A stretch of 64,000 nucleotides of DNA from Bacteroidota bacterium (GTDB lineage: Bacteria; Bacteroidota; Bacteroidia; Flavobacteriales_D; Sanyastnellaceae), in the NCBI GenBank assembly GCA_027624855.1, contig JAQBTQ010000012.1, forward strand, positions 1,724 through 65,723. The letters are read 5' to 3'. Below are positions 48,228 through 57,710 of the stretch, one piece after another. Position numbers and translations under genes: made by a program. Below the pieces are notes generated by a model. The model was given only the letters and a program-made list of their open reading frames with translations, was not told the DNA's origin and did not search any database. Each line of letters begins with the position of its first letter. Position 1 is the first letter of the stretch.

Positions 48228-48572
48228 CTATTCTGTTCTTTCCGATTGGAGGACCAAATCCTCTTTCCTTCGACGCACAATCATCAATCCTCCGAATGCA
48301 GCGCCACCGAGCAACAAGAACAGCACACCTGAATCAATGGGGGTACACGACATGTCGCATCCAGCAGAGACCGTACTTGGACAACCCGTATCAGAGAAAC
48401 AAAATGTTTGGGAATAATTGCAAGCGTTCCATATCTGACAGCAAGGCTGTCCTTCTCCGCAAGGAATGCAATCGGTACACGATGATTGAGCGCTAACTGA
48501 AACTATGCACAATGAATAAACTCCAATGGAGACTAACAGCAATCTAATTTTATTCTTCATTTCTATTTTCAT
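48228..48572 (-). CDS. Small Cys-rich secreted or anchored protein with a tripartite C-terminal sorting-like signal
   Basis: 114-aa ORF with a signal peptide (...CIVSVSAQ), 10 Cys in about 47 aa including a CTD...ACNY signature, then PID-SGVLFLLLGGAAFGGLMIV-RRRK. Its ATG overlaps the stop of the upstream gene as ATGA. Confidence 0.65.
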   Translation of the reverse strand: MKIEMKNKIRLLLVSIGVYSLCIVSVSAQSSCTDCIPCGEGQPCCQIWNACNYSQTFCFSDTGCPSTVSAGCDMSCTPIDSGVLFLLLGGAAFGGLMIVRRRKEDLVLQSERTE

Positions 48573-51277
48573 TCACAGGTTGAACCAAAATATGGCAAGA
48601 ACATCAACAAATCCGATGTAGTGATGATTCCATCACAATCACAATCTGTTTGCAAAATTGGTTGTTCAAGATTTGAAACTGGTTGCAACTCAATCAAAAG
48701 CATTAATAAGTCAGGAATATCACGTCCACCATTGAAATTGAAATCCCCAAGACAAACATCCGGTATTTCAAGCATATCCGAGGTCGTACATCCATTCAAA
48801 GTATTCACGGCATTAAGTTCATATGTTCCTGGATCAAGGTTCGTTGCGCACCCTTCTCCTGACATTTCACCACTATCCCAAGTAATATTCCAATTTTGGG
48901 CATTTCCACCATTGAAATGAATGGTTCCTCCTTCACAATGTGATACGGTTTGTTCGAAGACCGGAGTTGACAGGAATTCCAAATAAAATCTGTTTTCATA
49001 CGTCTCCATAGGCTCCAATTCCAATGACATCGTTTCAGACGCAACGTCTATTGCTTCCTCGGTTACAGTATCAATTAATCGTGCACATAAACCAGCAGGT
49101 AATTCTGTCGATTCATCTATGGATATTGAGACTTGGCCATCCACTCCTGTCTGGATAGTCAAGGCTATCATTTCGTTTGAATTCTCCAACATAAATGGAA
49201 CATTCACCGCAAGTTTTGTCCCATCTTCCAGTTGGCTAAAAATTCGAGGATTCGCAGATGCCCCCGCCTTATATGGTGCATCAAGGCCTGGCTGGAAATC
49301 CGCTTCACCCTCTAAATGAAACTTGATGGTTGTCCCGCCATACCGTTCCGATTCATCCTCTATGTTCAGTGCGAAAGCACCTTGGAGACTCGTATCTTCA
49401 GAACGTGTAAAAGTATTTCCTCCATAGCACGCTAAATTTGGAGTAAAGGATGCTGTGCCTCCATTACCTGAAGCAACATAAGCATAAAATCCTTGACCAA
49501 TGTCAATAGCATCCGGCGCTTCGAGAGATCCCACCTGGCTGCTACTCAACCAATTGCCGGAGGAGTTTTGAAGAATGTAATACTCACTTACACTCCCATT
49601 GTTTGAAACAAACGCATCCCCATCGATTGGAGTGGGATAAGGATTGACAAGCAAATTCCAACCCGCAGGATCATAGAATTGGTTGTAGGGGCCAGCGGTA
49701 TGAGAAACTCCAGGCGAGACAGTGGCGGTGGTATAAGTGCCTGAATTAGAAAGGGTGTGTCCCGATGTTCCAAGGCTAGAGGGTACAATACTAAAATACC
49801 CAATTCCGTCAGTTGAAAGTGTTGAAGTGGAATTCATGTACGTCCAACCATTCGTGCCATTTGCATTCGCGTTCACCGTTTCATCGTGACTGTAGACATA
49901 GATACTCCCACCAAAATCATCCATCCAATCTTGAACATCCATAGCTGGAGATGTGGTTACGTAGTTTCCCATTACCAACCACGTCGTCGTAGCTGTACTA
50001 GGCACATACCGCTCAAAAGTGATGTTGCCGACGACGTTTGACGTGGCTCCAGAGTTTTCGAGTGTCGCTATGCGCGCCGTACCCGAAGCGTTGGAATTCA
50101 TCGTGAACGTTCCCGAAATGTTGGTCGTGCCATCAACGGGATTGAACACTCCGCCAGGTGTGATATCCACATTCGCGTTGAGGTCGACGTCTTGATCATT
50201 TGTAGCCGTGTTATTGGTGTTTGCAACAACCAAAGAATCCACGGTAATGACATTTCCTGTTAAGTCCTGATCTGCACCAGCTCCATTAAACTTCACCATT
50301 CCAAAGGCAGAGCTTGTCGCGTTGTGAGTGAAATCTCCTGCGAGAATTAGGTTTCCTTCGTCACCTGAAACTGTTGCACTGGCACCAAGTGTGAGGTCTC
50401 CCAAAACGACTAAATTACCCTTCCCTTCGGTTGTGGGCATGGTAATGGTTGCAGTATTGGCTGTTCCGGCTGAGAAGTCTAGGGTCACTTTCAGGTCACC
50501 CAAGAAATCGGATAGATCAATTGATGAGGTTGGGCCAACGATGTCAAAATTTCCAAGGCATGTGTACACCCCAGTTGAGTCGGCAAAATCCAATGACGAA
50601 CTGCCCTCAACAGAAACATGATGAGGCACACCACCACCAGAGGTAGCATCCATGGTCCACTCCGTTCCAATGACGTAAGCATTGTTGTAACGCAAGGTTG
50701 AGGATCCTCCGTAGATGGGTGGATTTTTAACAACCCCACCGCCATCCAACAATAGTTCATTGGTAATTGTCGATTCAACGGTGGGAGTTACACCATCATA
50801 AGACGGGCCGAAATCTACAACAGCGCTCGATGGAATTTCAACATTGTAAAAAGTCACCCCCGATGTACACGTTCCATCGATTGTCCGCTGAGAACCACCA
50901 GACGCAACGGTAGAATTAAAAATGAACGTCCCAGTTTGGGCATTCAATCCCGTGCAAGTGTTCGCGTAAAACTGATCCGTTATGGTAACTGTGTAAGAAC
51001 CACAATTCAACACTCCAGTCCCTGAGAGCGTCAGCGTCGAAATGCTCACATCTGAGTCCAAATTGATTTTCGCATTGGGACCAATTTGAACGTTATCGCC
51101 TGAACTTGGGGCAGATCCCCCCGACCAAGCGGTTCCGTCAGACCAGTTCTTAGTTCCCGTAAAGGAAGTGGTCACGACAGTCGTAGGTTGGGCATAGGCC
51201 ACGACAGCCATCAAAAACATGAGTGGAGTAAGCACGGATTTGGTCCATGCGGAGATTGTAGGTTTTGTCTTGAACAT
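48569..51277 (-). CDS. Large secreted beta-helix/adhesin-like protein with a C-terminal double dockerin-like segment
   Basis: The ATG at 51277 gives MFKTKPTISAWTKSVLTPLMFLMAVVAYAQ. The sequence is Gly/Thr/Ser/Asn-rich and repetitive beta-strand-like. The C-terminus reads DFNFNGGRDIPDLLMLLIEL...DCDCDGIITTSDLLMFLPYFGSTCE. There is no T9SS tail. Confidence 0.82.
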   Translation of the reverse strand: MFKTKPTISAWTKSVLTPLMFLMAVVAYAQPTTVVTTSFTGTKNWSDGTAWSGGSAPSSGDNVQIGPNAKINLDSDVSISTLTLSGTGVLNCGSYTVTITDQFYANTCTGLNAQTGTFIFNSTVASGGSQRTIDGTCTSGVTFYNVEIPSSAVVDFGPSYDGVTPTVESTITNELLLDGGGVVKNPPIYGGSSTLRYNNAYVIGTEWTMDATSGGGVPHHVSVEGSSSLDFADSTGVYTCLGNFDIVGPTSSIDLSDFLGDLKVTLDFSAGTANTATITMPTTEGKGNLVVLGDLTLGASATVSGDEGNLILAGDFTHNATSSAFGMVKFNGAGADQDLTGNVITVDSLVVANTNNTATNDQDVDLNANVDITPGGVFNPVDGTTNISGTFTMNSNASGTARIATLENSGATSNVVGNITFERYVPSTATTTWLVMGNYVTTSPAMDVQDWMDDFGGSIYVYSHDETVNANANGTNGWTYMNSTSTLSTDGIGYFSIVPSSLGTSGHTLSNSGTYTTATVSPGVSHTAGPYNQFYDPAGWNLLVNPYPTPIDGDAFVSNNGSVSEYYILQNSSGNWLSSSQVGSLEAPDAIDIGQGFYAYVASGNGGTASFTPNLACYGGNTFTRSEDTSLQGAFALNIEDESERYGGTTIKFHLEGEADFQPGLDAPYKAGASANPRIFSQLEDGTKLAVNVPFMLENSNEMIALTIQTGVDGQVSISIDESTELPAGLCARLIDTVTEEAIDVASETMSLELEPMETYENRFYLEFLSTPVFEQTVSHCEGGTIHFNGGNAQNWNITWDSGEMSGEGCATNLDPGTYELNAVNTLNGCTTSDMLEIPDVCLGDFNFNGGRDIPDLLMLLIELQPVSNLEQPILQTDCDCDGIITTSDLLMFLPYFGSTCE

Positions 51278-51565
51278 AATCAAGTGACTCTGGCTCGGCT
51301 GGTTAGACCGAAGGTTAAGCACTCAAAAATACTACAAACCACTGAATTTTAAAAATGAAAATGATTTATTCCTAGACAAAACACCATTTCACTGCCGTGA
51401 ATGGCTCGAAAATTCCGATGACCGATTTGTCTTTTCTACAGCTATTGCTATCGTTTCCGAGTGTCCATAACCGAACAGCAGCGCAATTAATACTAAGAAA
51501 AATACAAGCGAAAAAAGCAAGATTTTAACTAAAAAGAAACGATTTCAGTGCGATATGCGGTTGTA

Positions 51566-52516
51566 TTATTCATTTTTCAATAGTCGAAAAATCACTTTTT
51601 CTGACGATGATTCAACCGATGTAATTTGAACGAAATAAACACCTCGAGCTAAGGAGCTCAAATCCATCATGCGACGTTCACCTGATACAAAATGGTCTGA
51701 TAAACAGGTAGTCCCTGTAGCATCCACGACTTCAACATGTGCGACCTCCAGCTGATTCCATTCCCCCTCGACATAAATCAATCCATTCGTTGGGTTCGGA
51801 TAGATGAACATGCTCGAAACCATAATATCCTCTACCCCTAAGCTGACAACGTCAATATCCCCGACGTGCACCACATATTCACTACCGTTTTGGTGTGATG
51901 CGCCAAAGACTTGGTAAACATCACCCGGTGTTGGGCCGTCCGGATCTTCATTTCCGCTTGGATCATAAGTGTCAATCCCCCAGCATGTCACGACACCGTC
52001 TTCCAGTTGAACGGTCCAATATCCATCCGCATCAGGCGCAGTCAAAACCGTTGCATTGTCAAGGCGGACACGCGTACCCTCATATTGTTCATTTTGTAAC
52101 TCAACCGCCGTAACCCAGACACCCATTGGGGTGGCATTCCAAAAATCAACAAACTCGATCAGCTCAACATTTACCAGCTGGGTGTTGCCGTTGAGCTCTT
52201 CCACAGTACCCGAAATCTCCAGCACGTCTCCAACCTCAGGTTGCCGATCAGAATTCCAATAGGGTGTATTGGCCGGAATCACCACATCAGGACCTACGAT
52301 ATAAATCCCATTCCATGCCCCAAAAGCATCTTGCATGTACCAATGGTCACCAAAATACTCGGTGACTTTTCCCGTAATGGTCACTACTTGACCCTCAAAA
52401 GGACTCGTGTCTGTTTGTCCTTGTATTTCAATGATTGGCACACTTTGAGCGTGAATATTTGTCATCCATGCAGCTGAGGCAAAGAGTGAACAAAGCGTAA
52501 TGATTTGCAGATTCAT
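51566..52516 (-). CDS. T9SS-sorted secreted protein with two OB-like modules resembling the N-terminus of ExeM/NucH nucleases
   Basis: The ATG at 52516 gives the signal MNLQIITLCSLFASAAWMTNIHAQ. The sequence has IIEIQGQTDTSPFEGQVVTITGKVTEYF...WYMQD...GIYIV. The C-terminus (IYPNPTNGLIYVEG...GVYFVQITS) is a T9SS type A tail. No nuclease domain is present. Confidence 0.75.
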   Translation of the reverse strand: MNLQIITLCSLFASAAWMTNIHAQSVPIIEIQGQTDTSPFEGQVVTITGKVTEYFGDHWYMQDAFGAWNGIYIVGPDVVIPANTPYWNSDRQPEVGDVLEISGTVEELNGNTQLVNVELIEFVDFWNATPMGVWVTAVELQNEQYEGTRVRLDNATVLTAPDADGYWTVQLEDGVVTCWGIDTYDPSGNEDPDGPTPGDVYQVFGASHQNGSEYVVHVGDIDVVSLGVEDIMVSSMFIYPNPTNGLIYVEGEWNQLEVAHVEVVDATGTTCLSDHFVSGERRMMDLSSLARGVYFVQITSVESSSEKVIFRLLKNE

Positions 52517-52559
52517 GAAGGGAAGGTAATAAATTGCCCCTACCAAATCTTTCACTTCC

Positions 52560-54542
52560 ATGTCTAGGTCAACTTTTGCTTTGTGGTTGTGCATCGTCGG
52601 TATTGGACTGACATCCTCGCACAGCCAATGTCCTACTTGTCAAGTGGATATCAATTGCAGCTCTGACAACGGTTTTCCAACCATTTGCCCAGAATCCCTA
52701 CCAAGTGCGACTGTATCGGAACCTTACTTAGAAACCATCACGTTCTATTTGCCCGCAGAAGTCGTTGACCCAGGATCCGGTGTTACAGCAGCGCTCAATA
52801 GCGTGACCATTACTTCAATCATTGGCGTCCCGATTGGTTTGTCTGTCGAATTAGACGACGCTGACGGCATCTACTACCCGGCAAGTGGCCAGACTTCGGG
52901 TTGCGCCAATGTTTGTGGGACTCCGCTCATCGACGGAACCTTTGAAATGGTCATCAGCATTTCTGCCGTAGCATCCGCATTCGGAATAGAACAAGTTGTT
53001 ACCGATTCGTTTCCATACTTGCTCGTCGTGAATGCAGGCGAGGGAGGAAGCAGTACATTCTCGTTTACTCCGTCCACCGGGTGTGGAGCTTTGCTTGCTG
53101 ATTTTCAGGCCTCTCTGTCCGGAAATCCAAATCAAATAACTACCTACAATTGGGATTTTGGAAATGGCCAATCGGGATCTGATGCGCTAGTAAACGAAGT
53201 GAATTACGAGGATCCAGGTGTGTTCAATGTCACCCTCGAAACAACCATTTCAGATCAGCTCTTGACTCAAGTCACTTTGAATTCTACCGCTGGCGGAGGC
53301 TGGGATGATGGATGGTCACCAGCGCCAGACCCGTATTTTGTGCTGAGTGATGCTGCGGGAGGCAATGTCTTTGTTTCCAGCGTGGCAGATGAAACGTATT
53401 CTGCCACTTGGAACGGGCTGAACGTGGTATTGGCAAATCCTCCTTACACCATCACCTTTTATGACGAGGACCTTTTTCCGGACGATGACTACCTCGGCTC
53501 CATGAGTTTCACGCCAAATGGCTCAGGAACGCTCGACTTAAATGCAGATCCGAGCTATGGCCAATTGACCATAGGATTGCAGACGGCATTGAATACCATT
53601 GACACTGCAGAAGTCATTGTTAGTCCCCTACCAGTAATCGACATTGCATGGAATTCAACGATGGATACCCTGGTTTGTAGCGGTGAATCATTGATACAAT
53701 ACGATTGGCATTGGGGTGACTCACTTCAGTTTTCCGGGAGCGATTCAACCTTCGCGCCCCTAATCAATGGATGGTACCGCGCGATAGGGACAGATTCGAA
53801 TGGCTGTTCTGGGGTAAGCGACAGCCTTTTGTTTTGCGCACCCGATGCTTCATTCGCTCTCAATCTCAGTTTGGGTGAACTTCCGGAAGTCGTTGTGGCA
53901 GATGGCAATTTCGAAGCCTTCGTTTGGACCTTTAACGGACAATCCTCTGAAACCATACCAGATGGATACTGGCCGACAGATTTCAGTGGCTGGTACTCAG
54001 CGATGGCTTGGGACACATACGGATGCCCATGGAACAGTGATTCTGTGTTGGTCTGTTGGCCGCTTAACCAACCCATCATCACCGAAACCGCCGAAGGGTT
54101 ATTGAGCGTAACTCCTGAATTCCCCTTTTACCAATGGTGGTTTAACGGCGAACCCATTCCTGGTGCAACCGATGCGACCTTCGAAAACACCGGACCAGGA
54201 TTGTATGCGGTTTCTGTGACTGACTTCGAAGATTGCAACGGGGTGATCAGCGAGGACTGGGTGGTGGTCGGAATCCCTATCGAAGGGGACTCAAAAGCAA
54301 CACCCTCTTGGTTGGTTTATCCCAATCCAGCGAGCGAGGCATTAACGGTGTCGTTTGCTGAATCCAATGGCGCTTTCGAAGTGCAAGCGTTGGATGTTCA
54401 TGGCAGGGTGATTGAACAGATTCAACTGGTCGATGGGATGCAATGGAACATCAGCACATGGCCTTCTGGGGTTTACTTCGTGTCGGCGCGTTCAATCGGA
54501 TCGAACACGACTTTGCCATCATTACGTGTCATCAAGAAATAA
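52560..54542 (+). CDS. T9SS-sorted secreted protein with a PKD-like domain
   Basis: Signal peptide; the PKD signature YNWDFGNGQSGSD...VNYEDPGVFNVTL; the C-terminus VYPNPASEALTVSF...GVYFVSARS is a T9SS tail. Confidence 0.82.
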   Translation: MSRSTFALWLCIVGIGLTSSHSQCPTCQVDINCSSDNGFPTICPESLPSATVSEPYLETITFYLPAEVVDPGSGVTAALNSVTITSIIGVPIGLSVELDDADGIYYPASGQTSGCANVCGTPLIDGTFEMVISISAVASAFGIEQVVTDSFPYLLVVNAGEGGSSTFSFTPSTGCGALLADFQASLSGNPNQITTYNWDFGNGQSGSDALVNEVNYEDPGVFNVTLETTISDQLLTQVTLNSTAGGGWDDGWSPAPDPYFVLSDAAGGNVFVSSVADETYSATWNGLNVVLANPPYTITFYDEDLFPDDDYLGSMSFTPNGSGTLDLNADPSYGQLTIGLQTALNTIDTAEVIVSPLPVIDIAWNSTMDTLVCSGESLIQYDWHWGDSLQFSGSDSTFAPLINGWYRAIGTDSNGCSGVSDSLLFCAPDASFALNLSLGELPEVVVADGNFEAFVWTFNGQSSETIPDGYWPTDFSGWYSAMAWDTYGCPWNSDSVLVCWPLNQPIITETAEGLLSVTPEFPFYQWWFNGEPIPGATDATFENTGPGLYAVSVTDFEDCNGVISEDWVVVGIPIEGDSKATPSWLVYPNPASEALTVSFAESNGAFEVQALDVHGRVIEQIQLVDGMQWNISTWPSGVYFVSARSIGSNTTLPSLRVIKK

Positions 54543-54554
54543 TCCGCCGAGGAA

Positions 54555-54938
54555 TTACTTTCGGTTGAATCCCCAACTGCCTGGTCCAATCAGTGCAATC
54601 ACAAGCGCCGGGAAAAAAAAGAGCAATGCATGTTCTTTTTCAGAAAGTGGATCTTCCCAGTGAACCATAAAAGCTGCAACGCCCATGGTGATTGCCATGA
54701 GCGCAGCACCCCAGCGAGAATACCATCCCAGCAAAACCAATACAGGAGCAATCAATTCACCAATCACCGTCAAGATCAATGACGGCGTCTCACCTATCCC
54801 GAGCCAATTATAGAATTCCACCCCATCTCCCGTTAGCCCATTTACGAGCTTGTTCATTTTCGCCCAACCATGCGGCAACATGAGCCCAGCAGTCCCGATT
54901 CTCAAGATGAGCAGGCCCCAGTCATTCAGTGTCTTCAT
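54555..54938 (-). CDS. DoxX-family membrane protein
   Basis: The ATG at 54938 gives MKTLNDWGLLILRIGTAGLMLPHGWAKM, the DoxX N-terminal signature. Four transmembrane segments are present. Confidence 0.86.
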   Translation of the reverse strand: MKTLNDWGLLILRIGTAGLMLPHGWAKMNKLVNGLTGDGVEFYNWLGIGETPSLILTVIGELIAPVLVLLGWYSRWGAALMAITMGVAAFMVHWEDPLSEKEHALLFFFPALVIALIGPGSWGFNRK

Positions 54939-55040
54939 GATGGAAATGTACCGATGATTCGCTCCGGCCCTTTTTCCATTTAGCAACGATTTCCCTCAAT
55001 GAATTGTTGATTAGCCCGCATTTCTTCCGTATCTTAAAGT

Positions 55041-55757
55041 ATGTCTCGCGATAAACTCCCAAAAGATTGGATCACCAGCGGATTGCTCGATGCTGAGTAC
55101 AAGCAATACCTTCTTCTTGCTTGGTTGAAGCATTGGGAGCGAGAATTTCGCGATGTCAAAATTTATCCGGCATTGGGACATCTGACTGAAGCGCATCGGG
55201 ATTTAAAGTCCTTCCAAAAGGAACAGAAAAACTGGAGAAAAGCGTTGCAAGGCCCGCTGCAAGGATTGGACTTTGCCAGTCGCAGGCTCATCTACCGGCA
55301 TTTCAATACGCACCCCGAGCTTCAGAAGTATTTGGATGAATTGTTGGCCTTTTCGTTACCGCAAATTGAAAAGTCCATTGCTACAGGCCGCAATCTGTAT
55401 GAAATCGTCGAAGAGCATTTGGAATTGGAACCCATTGGGATTCAACCTCTTTACAGAGATGAGGGGTACTTGTTTGTTTTCGATGAGGATCAAAATCAGG
55501 TGAACAACTACCGGTACACGAAATCCAGAATCATCCTCAATGGCGAGCGGCATGTTCAACTTTCTTTGAATCCCATTGAACAGCTTAAAAAGTCTTGGAC
55601 GGAGACCTTTGAACAAATGAAACTTCGATTGGCCCGTCAATTCCCAGAGTGGCCGAATCCCGCGGTATTTCTCGCCCGCGTCAGTTACAGTTTTCCTTTA
55701 CAGCAGACGACGTTACCGGTTGCAAAACGAAGGTTGGTCAGGTTCCTTATGAGCTAA
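55041..55757 (+). CDS. Hypothetical cytoplasmic protein
   Basis: 238-aa ORF with no competing overlapping ORF. I see no signal peptide and no motif I can assign. Confidence 0.65.
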   Translation: MSRDKLPKDWITSGLLDAEYKQYLLLAWLKHWEREFRDVKIYPALGHLTEAHRDLKSFQKEQKNWRKALQGPLQGLDFASRRLIYRHFNTHPELQKYLDELLAFSLPQIEKSIATGRNLYEIVEEHLELEPIGIQPLYRDEGYLFVFDEDQNQVNNYRYTKSRIILNGERHVQLSLNPIEQLKKSWTETFEQMKLRLARQFPEWPNPAVFLARVSYSFPLQQTTLPVAKRRLVRFLMS

Positions 55758-55758
55758 T

Positions 55759-56277
55759 TCAATTCTCTTCCAAGTACGCATATCCTGCAAGCAGATTTCC
55801 ATAAACCTGCGTGTAAATGACCTGACCCTCAGGGTTGAAATCAAACGACTCATACACCTTCACACGCACCGACTTCGCTTCTGTAGAATCCGTTGCAGCC
55901 TTGCTGATGTTCCACTCGAAGTAGCCGCGAACTGAACCGTCCATGGCTTTGGTTTCTGGATTTACACCCGGCAAGAAATTGACGGGCGAAACCAGCTCGT
56001 AATTGTACTTGGCCCATGCTCCTTTGTATTTGGCAGTGACCTGCTCTAACGTCACCGTATCGGGGGCATTCAATCCCGTTCCACGCCACACCGCGTCAGG
56101 AGCAAAATGCGTGAAAAATTCATCGCTCTCCGCCTCAAAATCCGCAAAGACCTCCGCAATGGTTGCCGAATTGGCTTCAAATGTTGCTGTGGCATCCACT
56201 GCAGGCTGGCTGCATGAATAAAAGACAAGGGCCACTGCCGTTGCAGTGACGAAAGAAAAAGTAAGGGGGTGTTTCAT
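55759..56277 (-). CDS. Lipoprotein, possibly with an NTF2/SnoaL-like fold
   Basis: The ATG at 56277 gives MKHPLTFSFVTATAVALVFYSC (lipobox). The size of about 150 aa and the alpha+beta pattern suggest an NTF2-like fold, but this is tentative. It lies 19 nt downstream of trxA. Confidence 0.6.
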   Translation of the reverse strand: MKHPLTFSFVTATAVALVFYSCSQPAVDATATFEANSATIAEVFADFEAESDEFFTHFAPDAVWRGTGLNAPDTVTLEQVTAKYKGAWAKYNYELVSPVNFLPGVNPETKAMDGSVRGYFEWNISKAATDSTEAKSVRVKVYESFDFNPEGQVIYTQVYGNLLAGYAYLEEN

Positions 56278-56296
56278 GCCCCCAAAGTAACCAACA

Positions 56297-56593
56297 TTAA
56301 ATGAAAGGTTTAAGCGCCACTTCCATTTGAGTTGCGGTTTGAAATCCACTTTGCTTCCAAACCAATTTTCCGGCTTTGAAAATCATCAGCGTCGGGACGC
56401 TACGAATACCGTACGCCTCGGCCAACGGTTGGTTGCGGTCGAGATTGACCTTGAGCACTTTCGCCTGGCCATCAACGCTCGCCGTCAACTTTTCGAGCTC
56501 AGGTCCCATGGCCTGGCACGGCCCACACCAATCGGCATATACATCCACAAGAACGGGTATTTCACCGTGGATTAATTCTTTAAAGCTGGACAT
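56297..56593 (-). CDS. trxA: Thioredoxin
   Basis: The ATG at 56593 gives a 98-aa protein with the active site WCGPC (VDVYADWCGPCQ), plus YGIRSVPTLMIFK. Confidence 0.93.
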   Translation of the reverse strand: MSSFKELIHGEIPVLVDVYADWCGPCQAMGPELEKLTASVDGQAKVLKVNLDRNQPLAEAYGIRSVPTLMIFKAGKLVWKQSGFQTATQMEVALKPFI

Positions 56594-56792
56594 GATATTT
56601 GGGGAATTTCTGTGCAAAGGTCGGCTTTGAAGAAGCAATCAATTAGGATGCATTTCACAAACGTTGATAAAGGCTTTTCCTATTCTGTTTTCCTTCTCTG
56701 ATTTGGTGATGTAAATCAGAAGTCAATGTTAAAAGTGCGGGTGGCGACCACGTATTTCTTGTTGAGGTCGATGGTTTTCATGGCGGAGAGGA

Positions 56793-57650
56793 TTAAGCGC
56801 GGCCCAGGATTTCTTCCACGTTGCCTTGAATGGTTTCGCACAAGGCATCCAACGGCAAATCGTTCTCGTCCACTCCGAACGGATCCTCAATTTCCTCAGC
56901 GATAAGCTCAACGCTAACCAAGATGTAGAATACCAACATGACCACCGGCACGCTCCACCACGCAAACGTCGCCACAAACCCGATGGGCAACGTAACCACA
57001 TAAAGGAAAATGAATTTCTTCAAGAACATGCTATAGCTGTACGGCACCGGCGTTTTGAGGATGCGCTCGCAAGCGCCTAGGATATCGACCATACGCTCGA
57101 GGTTTTGGGCAATGAGCCAATGTTGTTGGTCCGTGAGGTCACCGGTATTGCGCATGGCATTTGCCTGGCGTTCCATGCCCTGCGCCCAAGCATTGGGCAC
57201 GTGGGTAGCAGCAGCGAATTCAGCGGAAGCTGGCGCTACGGGATCGCCTGGCTGACCGGGTCGCAGGTGATCGCGGAGAGCCTTGACGAAACCGGGAATG
57301 GCCTCTGCGAAATGAGCATGCGCCGTGTGGTCATCCGAAAACTCACGGACACGAATGGCTAGGGTCCTTGAAACGTTGACCAAACCGCCCCATTGCTTGC
57401 GGCCTTCCCACCATCGGTCGTAGGCCGTATTGGTTCGGAAAACGAGGAACAGCGACAACACGAAGCCGAGGAGGGAGTGCACCACATTGCTCACTTCCAT
57501 CGGCTCTTCCAAGACCTCAAGTTCAATGTAACAAATTCCCGTTGTGAACACCCCCATCGCCGCCATCGCAGGCAACAACTTGCGGATAACCTGGCGGTTA
57601 TAGGCGTGAAAAATGAGGCTGAACCAACTTTTGGGATTGTAGTGAATCAT
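56793..57650 (-). CDS. Bestrophin-family (UPF0187/YneE) ion channel
   Basis: 285-aa ORF with LSLFLVFRTNTAYDRWWEGRKQWG (the family signature), four transmembrane segments, and a C-terminal EEIEDPFG.DENDLP. Confidence 0.88.
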   Translation of the reverse strand: MIHYNPKSWFSLIFHAYNRQVIRKLLPAMAAMGVFTTGICYIELEVLEEPMEVSNVVHSLLGFVLSLFLVFRTNTAYDRWWEGRKQWGGLVNVSRTLAIRVREFSDDHTAHAHFAEAIPGFVKALRDHLRPGQPGDPVAPASAEFAAATHVPNAWAQGMERQANAMRNTGDLTDQQHWLIAQNLERMVDILGACERILKTPVPYSYSMFLKKFIFLYVVTLPIGFVATFAWWSVPVVMLVFYILVSVELIAEEIEDPFGVDENDLPLDALCETIQGNVEEILGRA

Positions 57651-57657
57651 CGAAATT

Positions 57658-57665
57658 CAAAGATA
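57658..57665 (-). promoter_or_regulatory. -7 promoter box (TATCTTTG) immediately upstream of the bestrophin gene
   Basis: TATCTTTG on the minus strand ends 7 nt before the ATG at 57650. This implies a leaderless or near-leaderless transcript that is separate from the upstream operon. Confidence 0.4.
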
Positions 57666-57710
57666 CGAGCAAGGATTAAGACCGCTGGTTCAGACAGAAC
57701 AACCATGAAA

